Shown here piece after piece: positions 36,801 through 52,900 of a stretch of DNA of 64,000 nucleotides. Origin of the DNA: Lytechinus pictus (lineage: Eukaryota); the NCBI RefSeq assembly GCF_037042905.1, contig NC_087251.1, positions 18,416,001 through 18,480,000 of the forward strand, given 5' to 3'. The notes below the pieces were generated by a model. That model did no database searches, was not told where the DNA came from, and saw nothing but the letters and a program-made list of their open reading frames with translations. The position numbers and the translations under genes are program-made. The number at the start of each line of letters is the position of its first letter. Position 1 is the stretch's first letter.

Positions 36801-39800
36801 AAATTCACAAAAAAACTGAAATTAGATTTAATGCTGAACTCTTACATCCCTGTATTCAAGATTCTGAGGACTGAAGTTATCACATAAAGATATTTTCTCA
36901 AAAGCGGATTGTCAAACTTACCTTTGAAGAGCAGATGGTGTTGTGATTTGCAGCATTCTTCAGGAGTGACACATTGAACTCTGGAGGAACATCACCAAAC
37001 CCTGGTATCTTATAGAAACCTGGTCCCCTGGTAAGCAGGTGACCCTTAGGACTCCATCGATGGTCTTCAAGGGTGAACAAACCATACCCCTGGGTGAAGG
37101 CGCCTTCAATCTAAGGTAATGAAGAGAAAGAAAAACATATTGGATGATTTCAAATGCAGTCTTGACGTTGGAGTTATTGTTAATGTAAGTATTGGTACTG
37201 AGAGTCTGGGGTTGTCAAAGTTGACCTCAACACCTAATGTGGCTTTCAAATAGTGATACCAATTACATTAGTTAATATTCATTGGAAACGATTGACATCA
37301 ATCCAAGTACCAGCTTCCTTTCATGTTTAGCAATGAACCAGAAGAGAGACATTGTGTTATTCAAATTGCATATTGATATTTTGTGTTGAGAGCCTAAATC
37401 AGGTTGCAGAGAATTTTCCTGGTATTTCATCACAATTTTCCGCACATTTTTTCAGAGACTGCTACACCATTTAAAAAAAAATCAGATTTGTACATTGAAG
37501 AGCTTTTCTCTTCCGATAAAAAATGCTTATCAAATTTGGCACAAAAATTATTCCCTTGTTTGTAAAACACTTTATGACAAATCACATTAGATACTAAACA
37601 CCAAGATAATTCCATCCCGGCATCAGACTCGCTTAAAGTTCTGTGATGAAGCATATTGAGTGAGCTCACATTGATGGTGTTGGTATTGAGTGTGAATCAG
37701 GTTACCGGTTACAAACCTAGCTCCAAGACCAAACATGGCTTTACAAAACGGTTTACAATAATTAACCATATCATCCCTAAACCGGACACATGAGATAATC
37801 CCAAGGAGGGAGTTGATGATCAATATTATGGATGTTACATTTATTTCTCAAATGTGGAAAAAATGGATTTTCCTACAGGAATTTGTAAATTTACAGAGTA
37901 AATTCAGAAACATCAATCACTGCATACCTGACCGATATCAATGGCGGGATTGATGCTGTTTCCGACATCCATGACGATGTCAGTCCTGAGTGTGGTATGA
38001 TCTCCAGTCAGGCAGTCGATCTCCACCTCGGACACACCCACGCCCCAAGAGAAGTAATGAAATAACTTGCCCTCGTTCTTCTCCCAGTCGTACGTAAGAT
38101 CGGGAGTCCTTATAAGGAGAAATCAGAGAATGGTTTGTAACAAGACACAGAAAGACAAAGGGCAATTTACAGTATGTGATCTTTACTTTTTAACAATTCA
38201 TATGAAGACAGACATATTCAGCAAGAGAACAGAGACATACCGGTATATATAAAAATCTTCAAAGTTTTAAATGACTGCAAGTGATTCATCTGGTAAATAA
38301 ATACTATTAATAGAAAAGCACCAAATGAGATTGACAATATCAAAATATTTATTTCAAAAAAATCGCAAGAAATTAACATAATCTACATAAAAAAAATTAA
38401 CAAAAAATTGTAGTATATTTTCACTATTTATGACTAGATGATTAAAAAGATAAGTGTATTCTTACTTGTAGAAACCTGTAGTTGAGAGACTCACTCTGTC
38501 CCTGTATGCCGCATCAACCTGTAGCAACAAAAAGAACCACTGCATTATTTCATGAAAATTAATTTGACAAAAACAAAATACACAATAGACAAGGGAGACT
38601 CCCTACTGGATAATGCTTATTGTGTCCAATACAAAAACACAAACTGTTTCTGTTGTATTAATGTTTTCAATATTAACAGCTTTTTCATTCAACATAGATA
38701 ATTATTTCGATGCAAAGTCCAAAAATGTGCAATTATGCAGCTAAGCAAGAATTTTAGATACAACAGTTTACTTTCTGTAAAAACTGTAATCACCCATAAC
38801 TAAATTATTGCCTTTTTCTATAACACGGTTTAATACTTTTGAAAACAATTTAAAAAAAGAAGATGGCTTATATCCATTTGCAATGAAGGATGCATGAAGG
38901 AACTATATTCTGATATTTCTTTAAATTCTGTTTCACTCGAAAGAAGCCTGACCCCTGCCCCCCAAAAAAAAATTATAATAAATAAATAGATAGATAGATT
39001 GAATGAATAAATAAATAAATATAGAAACATAAAAGAATATATTAACACAACTTACCCAATCATCCCAATTTCCTTTAGGACTAGCATGCATGTAAGGCTC
39101 TAACCTCTGCTTGAGTGTCTGACAAGCAGCCTAAGGTATAAACAATGAGAGAAAAAAAAAGAATATGTGAGCTTATTCTGTCACCAAAAAGGGTATGATT
39201 AGCAAATGTAAGGCAGAAAATATTGTGTTGCTATGTATATACACAACTGGAAACTAAAGAGCTCAGAGTAGTAATAGAGTGATAGAAACAGACTATAAAC
39301 ACCGTCAAACTATGACAGTTTCAAACAAAAAAGGAGGAAATTTGATTCCTAATCACATTCAATAGGCTTTCCCGAAGACCTTTTTAATTTGTGAAGAAAC
39401 ATTCAAATTGTGAATTTAGAAGAGAACTTGAACAATTATATTTTTGCTCTTGGATTTTACATTTGTTCATGAAGTTGAGGATTATTGAAATACAGCATCA
39501 AAATCAAGACTTATCTTTAATAGCTACTGGTTAAATCAGAGGTAAAGAATCACCTAGAGGATTGAGGATGCACTTTGTCAGATCTTTTGATTTTGAGCAT
39601 GTACACATAAAACATCAGAAAAAAAACTTTGAACTTAATTTTCACCATTCCCAGTGATGCCCATGTGTCATACCTGAATACAATGAACTTAATTATTACA
39701 CTCTCTAAATTAGCACTGCAATGATTACAGTAACTTATCAATCATTATCCAGAATTCAAATGAGATATTTTTTATTCAATTTTCTATTATTATCCATTCA

Positions 39801-42800
39801 TTTTTCTATGATGATTCATTTTTGGTTCATGTATATGAAAGATTTTTCATTTTTGTAAAAAAAATGAAATTACACTCTCTAAACTGTCATTGCAGTAAAA
39901 AAATGATAGTCAAATTAATCATTATTTAAAAATGCAAATTGGTAATTTATAAAAATCAAATCTTGCAAGTAGGATTCCTTGTGTATACCAATGATCCTTT
40001 TGCATTTTAACTATATAAAAAGAACATAGGAACAACTCGCAAATTTAAGGAGTGCAAGTCAATTTTTTTTTAAACTTTAGAAAAGTTCAGCAACTCCAAT
40101 AGATATACCTCAATGGCCTTGCCGTTGAGATCCGAGCCAGTGCTGGCAGCAGTGGGTGATGTGTTTGGTACTTTACTGGTGTTAGTCTCTGACAGGTGAA
40201 TTTTACTCTCTGGTATTCCTAGAGTTCTTGAAGCAACCTGTATCATCTTTGTATGAAGCCCCTGTCCCATCTCAATACCACCGTGGGTTACCAGGACTGA
40301 ACCGTCTGTGTAGATGTGCACAAGGGCACCAGCCTACCACACAAATATTGCCAATAATATCATTTTTATTGTTATTAATACAAATATGTACTGATGCACA
40401 AACAACACATAAGGGGCCTGTTGCATAAAAGAAAACTCTGGCATATTTTTTTTCAGAATATTTTCGATATTTTAAGAGTCAATGGCATAATTTTGTTTGC
40501 CAGAATTTTTATGGTAAACGTTTTATGCAACTGGCTCAAGGTGCTCATAAAACTCTTGTAAGCATGTCTGGGCCCTGTAGCAAAAACACAATGTGATATA
40601 ACTCATTTAGTTGCATCATAAATACACCTAACAAAAAAACAAGGCAAAAGCGATTTTGTGTCTCGCCTACTTATGAAAATAACCAGAAATATCATAATTT
40701 GCGAGGGCACCCAACGGAATTGTATCGAGACTTCATTGTGCAATGACTGGGATGGAATAACACTTGTCATAAGAGTCTTGCATGTAAACTTTAATGTTGA
40801 CCTCAAAATAAACTTTGACCATACCATGTGACCTCCCAACACAATAGCATGCAGGTCCCCTAAGTACATCTACCATCCAAGTTTGGTTGAAAAGTGATTT
40901 ACGGTTGCAGGTGGGCGAGACAAAAAACAATCTAACGGGCATGTCCAGTCAAGCAAGTAAATATCTTTCATTGACATATTAAAAGGGAATGTAATTTAGA
41001 TCACAACATCAAGAATAGTCCTACATTACTAACCTGGTTCAAGAAACGAGCGGTGAATGATAAACCAAACTTGGTAGGTGTAACGGCAAGACCTCGCTTC
41101 TTCCATCTGTTCTCACTGGCAAATATAAAGAAAATATCAAATATATGAGTATACATATGCTAAAATCATTTGATATTTTAAAAAGAATTTGTTTTTTTTA
41201 CATTGTAAGAATATATTAAGTTGACAAATAAGGCAGACATTATAAAAGAAGAATAATGAACTAAATGAGTGAAAAGATGGAAAGCGCTTCCACAGTAGAA
41301 ATCTATTTTTTCTAGAGAAATAGACCTTCTGACCACCACATATCCATTTCTTGTGTCATTACCTGTTAAAGATATCCACATTCTTTCTCCTGGTGTGATA
41401 GTTGCTCTTCTCAAGGCACTGTTCCCAGCATCGTCTTAGGTGACATCCATTCAACACCTGACTACATGGAGTCACATCACCCTCAGAATAGAAATTCAAC
41501 TCTCTCACCTGACAAGAAAATAACCAGTTACAAACCAATCATTAACACACAAGAATTCAGTATTCATTCACCAATGGAAATCATGTTAGAGTGACCTCAC
41601 GTGTCAAAGATCTTTCTTCAGTAAGGATTAATTTTCATTTACCTCCAGAGCAAGCCAACTTGCAAAGTTGAAACAACAATTCTGATTGGTTACTGGTCAG
41701 TCTTATTCACAAAGTGTGCAAGTAAAAAAGACTATGATTGGTCTTTGTGATCGGTCATTGCAAGTTTTGTGACTGATCAATTTTTGTGTCATAGAGCCAA
41801 GATTTTTCTAGGAAATGCTTGAAAAACTAATAATGGCAAGAATAAGAAGTCAAACTATATTGACTATTCAATTCTTCCCTTTATGACAATGTACATCAGT
41901 AATATATGTGTGGACTATGTACACTGAGCTGCTTTCTATGTAAATACTAAATCTTCATTCATGATGTAAAAATTGAATAAAATAAGTACGACTTCAGCTT
42001 GAAATTTTTTTTTCACTGTTATTACTGTCTTTCAAAATCTAATATAATGATTCTTAACAAAATGTATGTACATGTATTACATCAATATGACAAACAAAAT
42101 AATGAATCTTCACTGAAAATATCAGGAATCATCATGTTATTAAACTCATTGATACTATATTACCTTGTCTTGTGAAAGCCCTAACTTGATTGCAATGTCC
42201 GTCATGAAGGATTCACAGATGATCATTGCCTGAGGCCCTCCAAAGCCTCTGAATGCAGTGTTGGATGGAAGATTTGTGCGGCAGAGACGGCCATAGACTC
42301 GCGAGACGGGGAAGCGGTAGACATTATCAATATGCGTCACTGCTCGTTCCAGTACCTGTAGGTTCAAAGAATGAAATAAGGTATGAAGAACATTCCAGTC
42401 GTCATCAGGGTCCCATTGCGTACAAACTTACTAATATGATAACTTTCCCATTTTTTGGTAACTGCCATTGAAATCTTAAATTTGATTTGCTGTGGAGCCC
42501 TGTTACCATCGTACTTACCATTCATGGCTAAGTTATCATATCATAAGAAGCAATGGGGGTATAGGATTCTCACAGGCATGACATCATTGGTGTCTGTATA
42601 GATCTATGTTGGGTAATCATTTAGGAACTCGTAGTGAGTGAGTTTCCTAGCCACACAGGCATGGCCATGGAAACCTTCGGTGTAAAATCTTCATTGGTTA
42701 AAAATGTTTCATTAAAAAAATCAAACTTTGGTAACATTTCAGCATTGCTATATTCCTGAAAATGTAATCATTGTACGGTTCATAGAATCATTTATCCGTG

Positions 42801-43872
42801 CACTTCAAAATACCTTATGCATTAAATATAAATACATTGTCAAAATGTACTAATCACAAGGGAGAAAGAGGCCCTGGGGGGGGGGGGTAATATCCAGAGC
42901 CTCTTGGAATAAAACATCTTATTCTCACAATCCTATAGTACAGTTGACTCAAGCCACACAGTTTTGAGAACTTACTCATGTGAATATTTACAGTTGTACA
43001 ACGCCTACTTAGCTTGTTGTACGCGAGCAAATGGGAGGCTGAATGTCAAACATTCGTACCGTTGCACACACGACGTACCATCCAAAATGTACCGTCCAAA
43101 TTGTACCGTTGCACGGCTTTAGGAGGTGACGTCACAATACGATTCAATTCATTGCGCTCAGTAAAAATGCAGGCTAAATGCGCAATGCTGCCCGAGGTGT
43201 TCGCTTGTGGGATTTTGCTTTTCGCTTTCCATATTTTTGCTACCTTTTCATAGATTACTGCAGGAAAAACTCTTTGTTTTTTCATAAATTCGCTAAACTC
43301 CGAGGCGTTGTACAACACAAATAGCGAATATTCTTATTCGTGTAATGGTGCGAGATTTCGCATTCGGTGAAAGAAAGAAACACTCTATTCAACTCGGCTT
43401 ACGCCTCGTTGAATAGAGCATCTTTCTTTCACCTCATGCGAAATCTCGCACCATCGCACTCATGCCTATTCGCTATTTGTATACTGGTGCATGATGGAAG
43501 CATGGTGGTCACAACAGCTTGCTCTAGCCTTTGACAAAGGTGATTAAATCTCCCTTCCCATGACAGAAGGAAGCAACTCTGATTTTTTTTTCTTCCAAAT
43601 TGACCTTTTTCTTGATTTGTGACATTTTCTCTATGCTCTACATTATGCTAAAGGAATAGCCCCCAATTTCTGAAATACTGTATAGACATTTCAAAAGGAA
43701 GTAACTCTATATTTCCATATAAAATGGCAAATTTTCATCATTTACAAAGAATCTCATTCCACAGATTCGCTTTCTTTTGTCAGTGGACAGCAGAAATAAA
43801 CCAAATGCATCTTCCCCTACATCAAGGATGTGAGAATAATACTGGAAAAAAACAGTCTGAAAAAAAAATAAA

Positions 43873-43911
<39 letters not shown>

Positions 43912-46900
43912 CCCTTGAGAATACTTACTGCAGCAGAGAGGTCATAACTGTATCCAGCATTGCCATACAAGTCAATGTCCAATGCAGTGAGTTTTCCCTC
44001 GTTGGTGAAACCGACCTTGTAACGACCTAGGAAGGGATTCCTACCCCCTGTGGATATCATATCCTCATCTCTGTCCAACATGTATCTCACTGGTCGATTC
44101 AGTCTACAATAAAAAGCATGATGAAAGTAAAAATTAACCTGAATAGGTGTGTAGCAAGAAAGTTTTATTTCCCAAAAGATAAATTTGCAACTGATACATC
44201 AGAATCATCTATACAAAATTATACTTATGCTGTAAGGAGCAGACCAGTATTCCAAATTTATAATCAATTCCAAAACTTGTAATCTTTTAAGTGACCCTTC
44301 AATGAAATACAACAACTAGCAAAGGTCGCAGTATCTTCGCCTCAATCAGTTGTATAGCAACTGGTAATCTACAAGGGGTATCAGAACCCGGGAAAGCTCA
44401 ATACGGTGTTAACAATGTGGGAAATAGTTGAAGTTTCATTTGTAATTCTAAGATAAACTTTACAAAGATTACATTATTTTTGCAATACCCTAAAATAGTG
44501 TGTATGCCATTCCTTCTAGGGCTGTCATGAAAAACATAAGAAAAGGGATAGCCAGTCAGGAGGAGGGTTAGGCATTGATACCTTTTTTTTTTAAAGTGCC
44601 CCCATTAATCTCAGAGCCAACTGTGGGGAGGGCAAAAAATAGAAAATGGCAGTCTTACTTGTTGGCAGCCAGAGCACATATTGCAGCCAGCATCGAGCTT
44701 CTACTTTCCTTTCCTCCGAACCCACCTCCAATACGCTTGGTACGACAGACGATACGATTGAATGGAACACCTAGAGCTATGGATGTGATTTTCTGTAATA
44801 AAAAAACAAACAAAAGTGTGATCTTTGTATGTTCAGGAGGATTCTCATCAATCTGAATTCAACAAGAGTACTTTGACAAGCAACATTAAATCTGATTCAG
44901 TCAAATCAATTTCATGGTAAAGACATCCAATATCCTCACTAAAAAAAAAAAAAAAATATAGTTCATAAATTAATTCCAGATACTATTACAGGTTCAAAAC
45001 AATTACTTTGAAAAAAAGTATAAATTTTATATTCAAACAAATTTTATAATATAATTTGCCTGATTGAATATTTTGATAGCAAAAAAGACAATTTTATTGC
45101 AATAAACTATATACCCGTGATATGAATAGTAAGAACTAATTCTGTAGCAGTGAGCGATGTATTCCATGAATAAATGGAAAACAAACAGTCACATTAAATA
45201 TCACTAAACTAACCTGAGCTTCTGTGGGATGTTGTGTTGATACAAATATCTCAATCTCCCCATCCTCCCCTTTAGGAATAGCAAAGGCACACTGCGTCTC
45301 AAGGTAGAAATGCTCTTGACCTCCGACCTTCATCTCACCCTCGATCACATGATCAGACTTCTCTAGGGCCTCCTCAACATCACCATTCTTGAAGCCTTTG
45401 GTGACGGGGAAGAATGATTGCCTGGCGATGGCATCCTGTAAGAAGAAATCAAAATAAGTATTTACTGAAGAGACGCAAAAGACAGTTTAGTGTACAATCT
45501 AGTATTGGCTCTTCATCAGAACAGGGGCAATTTATTCAAAATAAAAGAAATTCACTATTCAGTTGCACTTATTGTAGTTACTAAGGCAAATACCATGGTA
45601 ACAATGCTCAATCTGAAATAACTACATGTATAAGGAGATCAGGGAAGTAATATTGAATGTTAAAGTTCTATTTGGAATAATATAATAAAAAAGTTATATG
45701 AAACAGGACCCTATAAATTCTTGCTAGTGTGAATAAAACACAAGTTATAATTTGATACAGTGTTGTTTTTTTTGTTAAGGCAGAGCTTTATCACCATTTC
45801 ATATATTAAATAATACCATCCTCTGAAAATAATAATTGTATAAAAGTATTTGCATTTTGGACACATTTTCAATTTCATACAGTTTGTCAGCCACCATAGA
45901 GCATGCCTGGCTATGACCAATGCAATAATTGCTTTCAATTTGATTGGTCAACAAGCATTGGATGAAAGGCATGAGCATAAAATTTTCTTTTCCAGCAGCT
46001 ACATGTCCAATTGACATGTACACTAAAAATTTTGCAAAGTGTGTCAGTGGTTTTTCTCTGAACACGCCTTTGGTGTATAAACAGAAATCTAGGACTCACC
46101 TCGATAGTAATGATAGATTCCAACTCCTCGTATTCTATCTGTACTAATCTTGCACCCCTCTGTGCCAAGGCCTGTGTCTCTGCAATGATAGCTCCTATTG
46201 GCTGTCCTACATGGTGAACCTTAAAATAAAACAATCATATAATTAGTAAGAGCATATTGATGATCTCGTGTGTAAAATCATACAGTCACTGCTAACTATT
46301 TGAGCGGAGGGCCTACTGGTAACTTTTCGAAATTTGAATGAATAATAAACTTGTTGAGTATTTGCACTTGTGGCATGCAATCATTTAAGCCAGATTAAAA
46401 ATCAAGGAAATGTAAGTTTCAAAATCAAACATTTACCAAGATGTCTATGACTAAAATGCACCATTCTTGGAATGGTTTAGTGGTTCTTTGTGTACAGTTC
46501 TGCATTCTATGAGGGAAATACATCTTGCATTCCCAGTCAATTATGTATGTGTCCATAGGTTGATGCACATGATAATCAACCCATGTAAATATGCACTCCT
46601 AAATAAGATTTTTTTACAGATTTTTTTCAGCTCACCTCTGTTGTTGCTAATAGTTCTTCATCATGGAAGACAGACCCAACATGATTACTCCCTATCACAT
46701 CCTTATAACTCAGAAAATCATGCACGCCCTCTAGTGACAACGCCTTGGATGGATCAATAGATCTGGTTTATGTGAGGAAAAAAAAGTGGATTCATATTAG
46801 CTGGCAAGATTTCATTTCATTCAATGTTTCTGCAACTTTTCAAATACAAAATAAAAAATAATATACATAGTACATAACAAAATATCTAACAATAAAAAAT

Positions 46901-49900
46901 ACAAATAAGGTTGTATTTTGTTTAACATAACTGCGTGGAAACCCCAGAAAACAATTACAAATTACATGTAATTATATCATCTTAATGTAAGAGTGCCAGT
47001 GCAGAATGGAGGGGAAGTAGGGTGCTGAAGAGGGAGTAATTTAGGACATCTTTTTTCTGAGTGAGTAGCTTTTATTTGATAGCCCAGTAGCTTGAAACTT
47101 GTTGTTTAAGATTCATGGCTAATATGAACATTACTGGTATAACAGAAACTGCTGACAGAACTTTATCATCAACAAATGCAAGATAAGTAAGTCATTAACC
47201 TATCATCACTTCACAGCTATTTCATTCTACAATATTCAAATGATTGCTATATCTTTACATACATGCAACAAGAAGTGAAGTTTTAAAGTTAACTTCTTGT
47301 TGCATGTGCATGTATGTGATCCACTTGAATGAGATTATATGGTCCCGTTGTGCATTATCTCTTATAGATATAATGCACAATTGTAACGTGTAATCTCATA
47401 GAAAGACTGACTATCCACTACATCTCCTCAGCATAATATGAGAACTGCTCTTATGTATGACATATACTTCACATTATAAAAAATTAAAGTGAAATTATGT
47501 GAAAGACCTTACAGGACCCAGTTGTATGAAACTTAGTACTATAACTTTGCCCTGACTACCAACTTTCATGGAAATCTTGATTTTTGATTGGCTGTTGATC
47601 CCCTTTTCCATGGTAGAGCCATTGATGACAAAGATATATTAATTTTAACTTTTGTAAAATGGGATCCTGAACAATGATTACTCACATGATTTTTGCATGT
47701 GCTTTCTGACTCATCACAAAGGCCAAATACAGCTCACCTGAAACAAATAAAGCAAAGTTATGTTGAAAAATAACAATCAAGTTAGAAGAATGAAGAGAAC
47801 ATAAAGGGTAAATTACATTAATCACACAACAGGATGCGCTTGGGGTGCATTACCCAATACTTGACTTGACTTTTCACAAAGAACATGAGATATTTTGACA
47901 AAAGATGGTGCAAAAGGATTACTTAATTGTTTGATCGATTGAAGTAAGCCACTTTTTGCAATACTTTTTTTTCTTTCTCACCTGCTATGCTAGGCATATC
48001 ATCAATATAGACTGCTTCACCAGTGGTCTGTTTGTAAGCTGATTTATGGACAAGTGGACGACCAACAGGATCTTGACTGGGTTGTCCCGGGGCAACCTCC
48101 TGTCAAGTAAACAGTAATGTACATGGCAGCATATTTCATATTTGGCAAATGTGATTGAAAATGATTAAGAAACAAGGTTTTTTTTTCTTCTTTTTAAAAT
48201 GAATAAATATAAAGGGTCAAGCGATTCAATATTAACTCTCAACACTCAGCACTTATATCTTAGAGCTATATCAATTTTTTAAAACAAAGAGCCAGAGCCA
48301 CATCTTTCATGCAGGAATCCTGCAAGTGGCTGTTCATCACTAATCCTCACATTTCATCATTAACAATAGAGAATGTGGAATGTCACTGTGAAAGACGCAT
48401 GAATACCGCTTTTTATAAGTGGTATCCTGCTTAAAGACAAACCACCGCCTAATAGTAAGGTGCCTAAAACTTACAAGAGTCATATCTTAATATTTCACAG
48501 AAGTGATGAATCATACAGACTAAGAGGATGCAACAATTATGAAATAAGTTACTGCAGTGTCTATTAATACTGTCAGATCATGCTATACTTCAAATGAATC
48601 AAGTCAATCAAATTAGACACAAGTTCTTGATTGAAAGCAGTATCATACCTGATAGAACTGAGTAGCATTGACAGCTTGCTGGTGGTGAACTGAAGTAGCT
48701 GATTTAAAGTTGGATGGAATGCATTCACTGGCGACTGATTGCTATACAAATAAATGAAAGGAAATCTTTACAATTTACATTCTCAATAAGCATATACAAA
48801 TTTTATAATGTGAAATAATATTCTGCATTTTGCATGCTGCCATGAATTTGGATCAGGGCCCATTAACACAAAACTTAGCATTTGATTGTAGGTCTAAAAA
48901 CATTTATATATTACTTTCAAAAACTGTATGATTAATCACTAAACTTTGTGTTACTGGGCCCTGGAAACATTTGCCATGTTGCTCAATTCTGGCTTTTCCT
49001 ATTTAAACCCAACTGTATAAAAAATGAGGGCAATGTTCTTCATGTGAAGCAAACAGAAAGCAATGAGTTCATGCAATATTCAACTCAAGCTAAGTCAACA
49101 TTAGGATATTAAATACCAGTACTCTTGGTACAGAGCTGCTAACCTGAACAAAAACATTTCAGTATTTTAAAAGCTGAAAATCACAATCTTAGTAAGGAAA
49201 TCAGTATATTCAAAGAAATATCATAGGACAACACATAAAACTGAAACTTAAGAAATCAGTAATTTGCATAAAACCATCATTATTCTTCTAATTTTGCACT
49301 ACTAAATACTTAATATCAGTACTAATTGGCAGTTCTATTATTATTGTAAAAAAACATTTTCCTGTACACCTCTAAAGTTCCAATAAAAGTACACACCTGA
49401 TTGGTTGAAATCTGATCTAATACCATGAGATAAAACTTGAAGAAGAAGCTGATGGTCAGTGATTTCCTGTAAGACTCCATTCCCCCTGGAGCACCGGCAG
49501 GAAGGGGTAGATCTTCAGCAAGGCATGAAAAGGTAGCATCAAGCATAGATTCATCCCACTTCCTACAATGAAGAAGATGAATATTGATTTACTCTATGCA
49601 ATACAATCTCTTCTTGTATTAATGCACCCTTGTGCTCATTACATGTTTGATTATTCATCTAGATCGTTCCTTACCTGAATTGCTAATTGGCACAATCCCA
49701 ATCTGCCTGATTTTTTTTTACTCATCCCATATGATCCGATTTCATCCGCAACCGATTTAATAATCTATAAATCAATATGTTCATATTGTGACCATTTGTC
49801 CAACATCTACTTTAGATACACACATTTTGTATTGTTCAACCACAACCAAAAGCTATCCATGATTTTTGCCAGCATGCAGAGTTTTAATATGATGCATGTT

Positions 49901-52900
49901 AGTCTTGTAAACCAATGCATCATAGACTTGGTCCACTACCAACATTGCAACTTTCTTATCATTGCTGCATTATGTATCATTGCTGTATTATGATTATCCC
50001 GACATAATTCACAGAGTTTGTTCAAATGAATTTGTGATCAAACTGAGAATTCTATCTTTCTGCCAATCATGGCTCATCCTAAATATGAAACCCTTTAGCA
50101 TTGATAATAATGATCTATTCATAATAAACTACCGGTACTCACTTTCCCATTAGTTTCTGCATTGTCTTCAGAGCTAGTACAGTTGTAGCAGCCATTCCTC
50201 CGTATGCTAGACTCACATCTTGGATTATGTTAGTTCCTTCTTCAAACACAACTCTCATACCAGCATTCACAATAGCAATGTCATCCTCACGGCGGGGTGA
50301 TTGCTTGTAAGCAAAGAAGTATTCATTCTATAGGCAAACAAGGAGGGAGAAGTGACATAAGAATCCAAGTTATTTTTTCATCTTTTCATCATTATCTTCA
50401 GAAGCAGCAAGATCATCATTATCACCATCAATACAAATACCAACACACCATCCCTCTTGAACTTCACTATTGTTTCCTTTATCATGAACATTATTATCAT
50501 CATTATTCCTCATCTTGAGCACCACCAATTCCAATCCTATTTCATTGTTACCTTTGCAATCATTATAGATATCACCATCTGCTTTATCTATGTTGATATC
50601 ACCATCATCATCACCACCACCACCATCATCATCATCACTGTGACTACCATGAAGACTGATTTATTACCTGTTTTGTAAATGGGATGGTTATCGACTTAAG
50701 CACTTCATCAGGTTTGATGATGTTTCTCCTATATCCAGTAAAGAAGTTTTCATCCATAACAACATGTCTTGAACCTGGCAAAAAGAAATTCCGATTATTC
50801 TATGACTGAAAGAACACAATAAATATGTTCACTTGACTTTGTCATAGTGATCAATCAGTTTCCTCTAATAACCCAATTACATTTTGTTTATCTATGTCTT
50901 GCATAATTAATAAAGAACAGATACTAAAAGAACTAAAATCTTGAATGATCATTTACAGAATTTTGAAATTTAAACAGAACGATTCACTCCGTTGCTTAAC
51001 TACAGCTAGCCTTCCACCTTACATCATCATTATAAACAATTATCTACTTGAACACAAGACATCATAGATATCACAGTAATGACATCGAATCTATTTATTG
51101 TAAATCAAGCCTTTCATACCATTATCACACACATTGGAGACAACAGGAAAAGATATGATATCACCATGCTTACCTTCAGATTGTGATACCAATTCCAGGG
51201 TACACCTAGCAGCCATGAATATAGGGTTTAAGTCTGAGATAGGACTACCAGTCACAATGTTGCCCCCTACAGCCTGTGATGACAATTTGTTGGATAAATA
51301 CAGAATGTAAATACAGCATGTCACAGACCAAGGTTCAAATAGAAGTCTATTTTACACAACTGTGAACCAATACTAATACAACTTTGGCTCATTATCATTT
51401 CTAATACTAAATAAACTATATATCACTGAAAAATATGAGAAAGGATGGTTTCCAAGATAAAAAAAAAATTAAGTACATAAAACATCAATGAGAAAAATGG
51501 AATCATTAAAAAAAAATAGAAATTAAGATTGTTATATCATAATAGCTATTATGGGATAGCCTTGTGATACATTTTATTTTGAATATTCTGGGCATTTTTT
51601 TTTTTTGTGATTCAGATTTGGTAATGAAAATAGAACATATCACTACAAAGAGAAGGTTTTTTTTTTATTGATATTCAAATGGCATTGCATGGAAATAACC
51701 AATTTGAAACAACTCAATACTCACAGCCACATTTCTTATCTGTGGACCAGCAAACCACCTCAACATTTCAACAATAGCTTCAAATATTCTGTTCGTGTGA
51801 CCTAAGAAAGGAAAATAAAAATGTTGATAATATTGGCTTTCAATTTTGAAACAAAAACTGAACCTGATTTCTTAATCTATTAAATATCTAATCATGTATT
51901 TTTTTTTTCAAACTCAAGAATATCATTCCATAGCATCATATGTATGTTCATGATATATATTATCAAACATGATATGTCACACTGTCAAAAACAGTGTAAG
52001 AGCCAAAACAATGAAAAAATATATATAAATGCTAGAAGATGCATCTTCTTGATTACAGAACTGCAAACTCAATCTTTCATTGTCATTTACACTAAACGGA
52101 AAGTTGAGAAGGGAAACTAAATATGAGTCAAGAGTTTCATAACTCATTACCCATAAGTATCTTGCATTTCTATAGGAGTTATACATTTATGAATTCTATG
52201 AATGTTCAAGAGATTTGTAAAATTATACTAACTGGTCTGTAAACTTTTAGAAACACTTCTTGAGAATGACAACAATTCAATTCAAAATGGTTTATTCAGG
52301 TACAAACAAATTGGTGGACACACATTTGATCATTAAGAGATATAACATGAACTTGCAATAAATTGAAAGCCAAATAAAGTTCCAAAATGCAATACTAGTC
52401 TTGCAAGAAATTGCAAATTCACATTTGATTCATTATTCCACAAAGGACAAATGATTTCCAATCGTCGAAATTCATCTACCAACTGAAAATTTGCAATCAA
52501 GTGCAACAACTTTCTTGCAACAAATATTTTTCCTATGTTCTTTAAATTTTGGAAACATACATATTACCTTACTACTGTGCATTTAAACTTACCAGGGTGG
52601 TCCTTGATATAGTCTTTAAAGAATTCATCCATGCATGTTAAACTAACCGATGACCCTATGACTACACCATCAGCACTGACCTCTATCTTAGTCAGGTCAG
52701 GGATTTGGGTGACAGATACCAAGGCCGGGTAAAGCTGATTCTTGAATTTTACTTCTACACCTGTAAATAAAAAAAGACATGAAGAATTATAGGGCTGAGC
52801 TTGATTTATTATGAATAAACAATATTCTACCTCTAGATGTAACCGAAAGGAAAAGGCGCTATACCTAATGACCTTTAGATTGGATTGAATTGGATATTAC

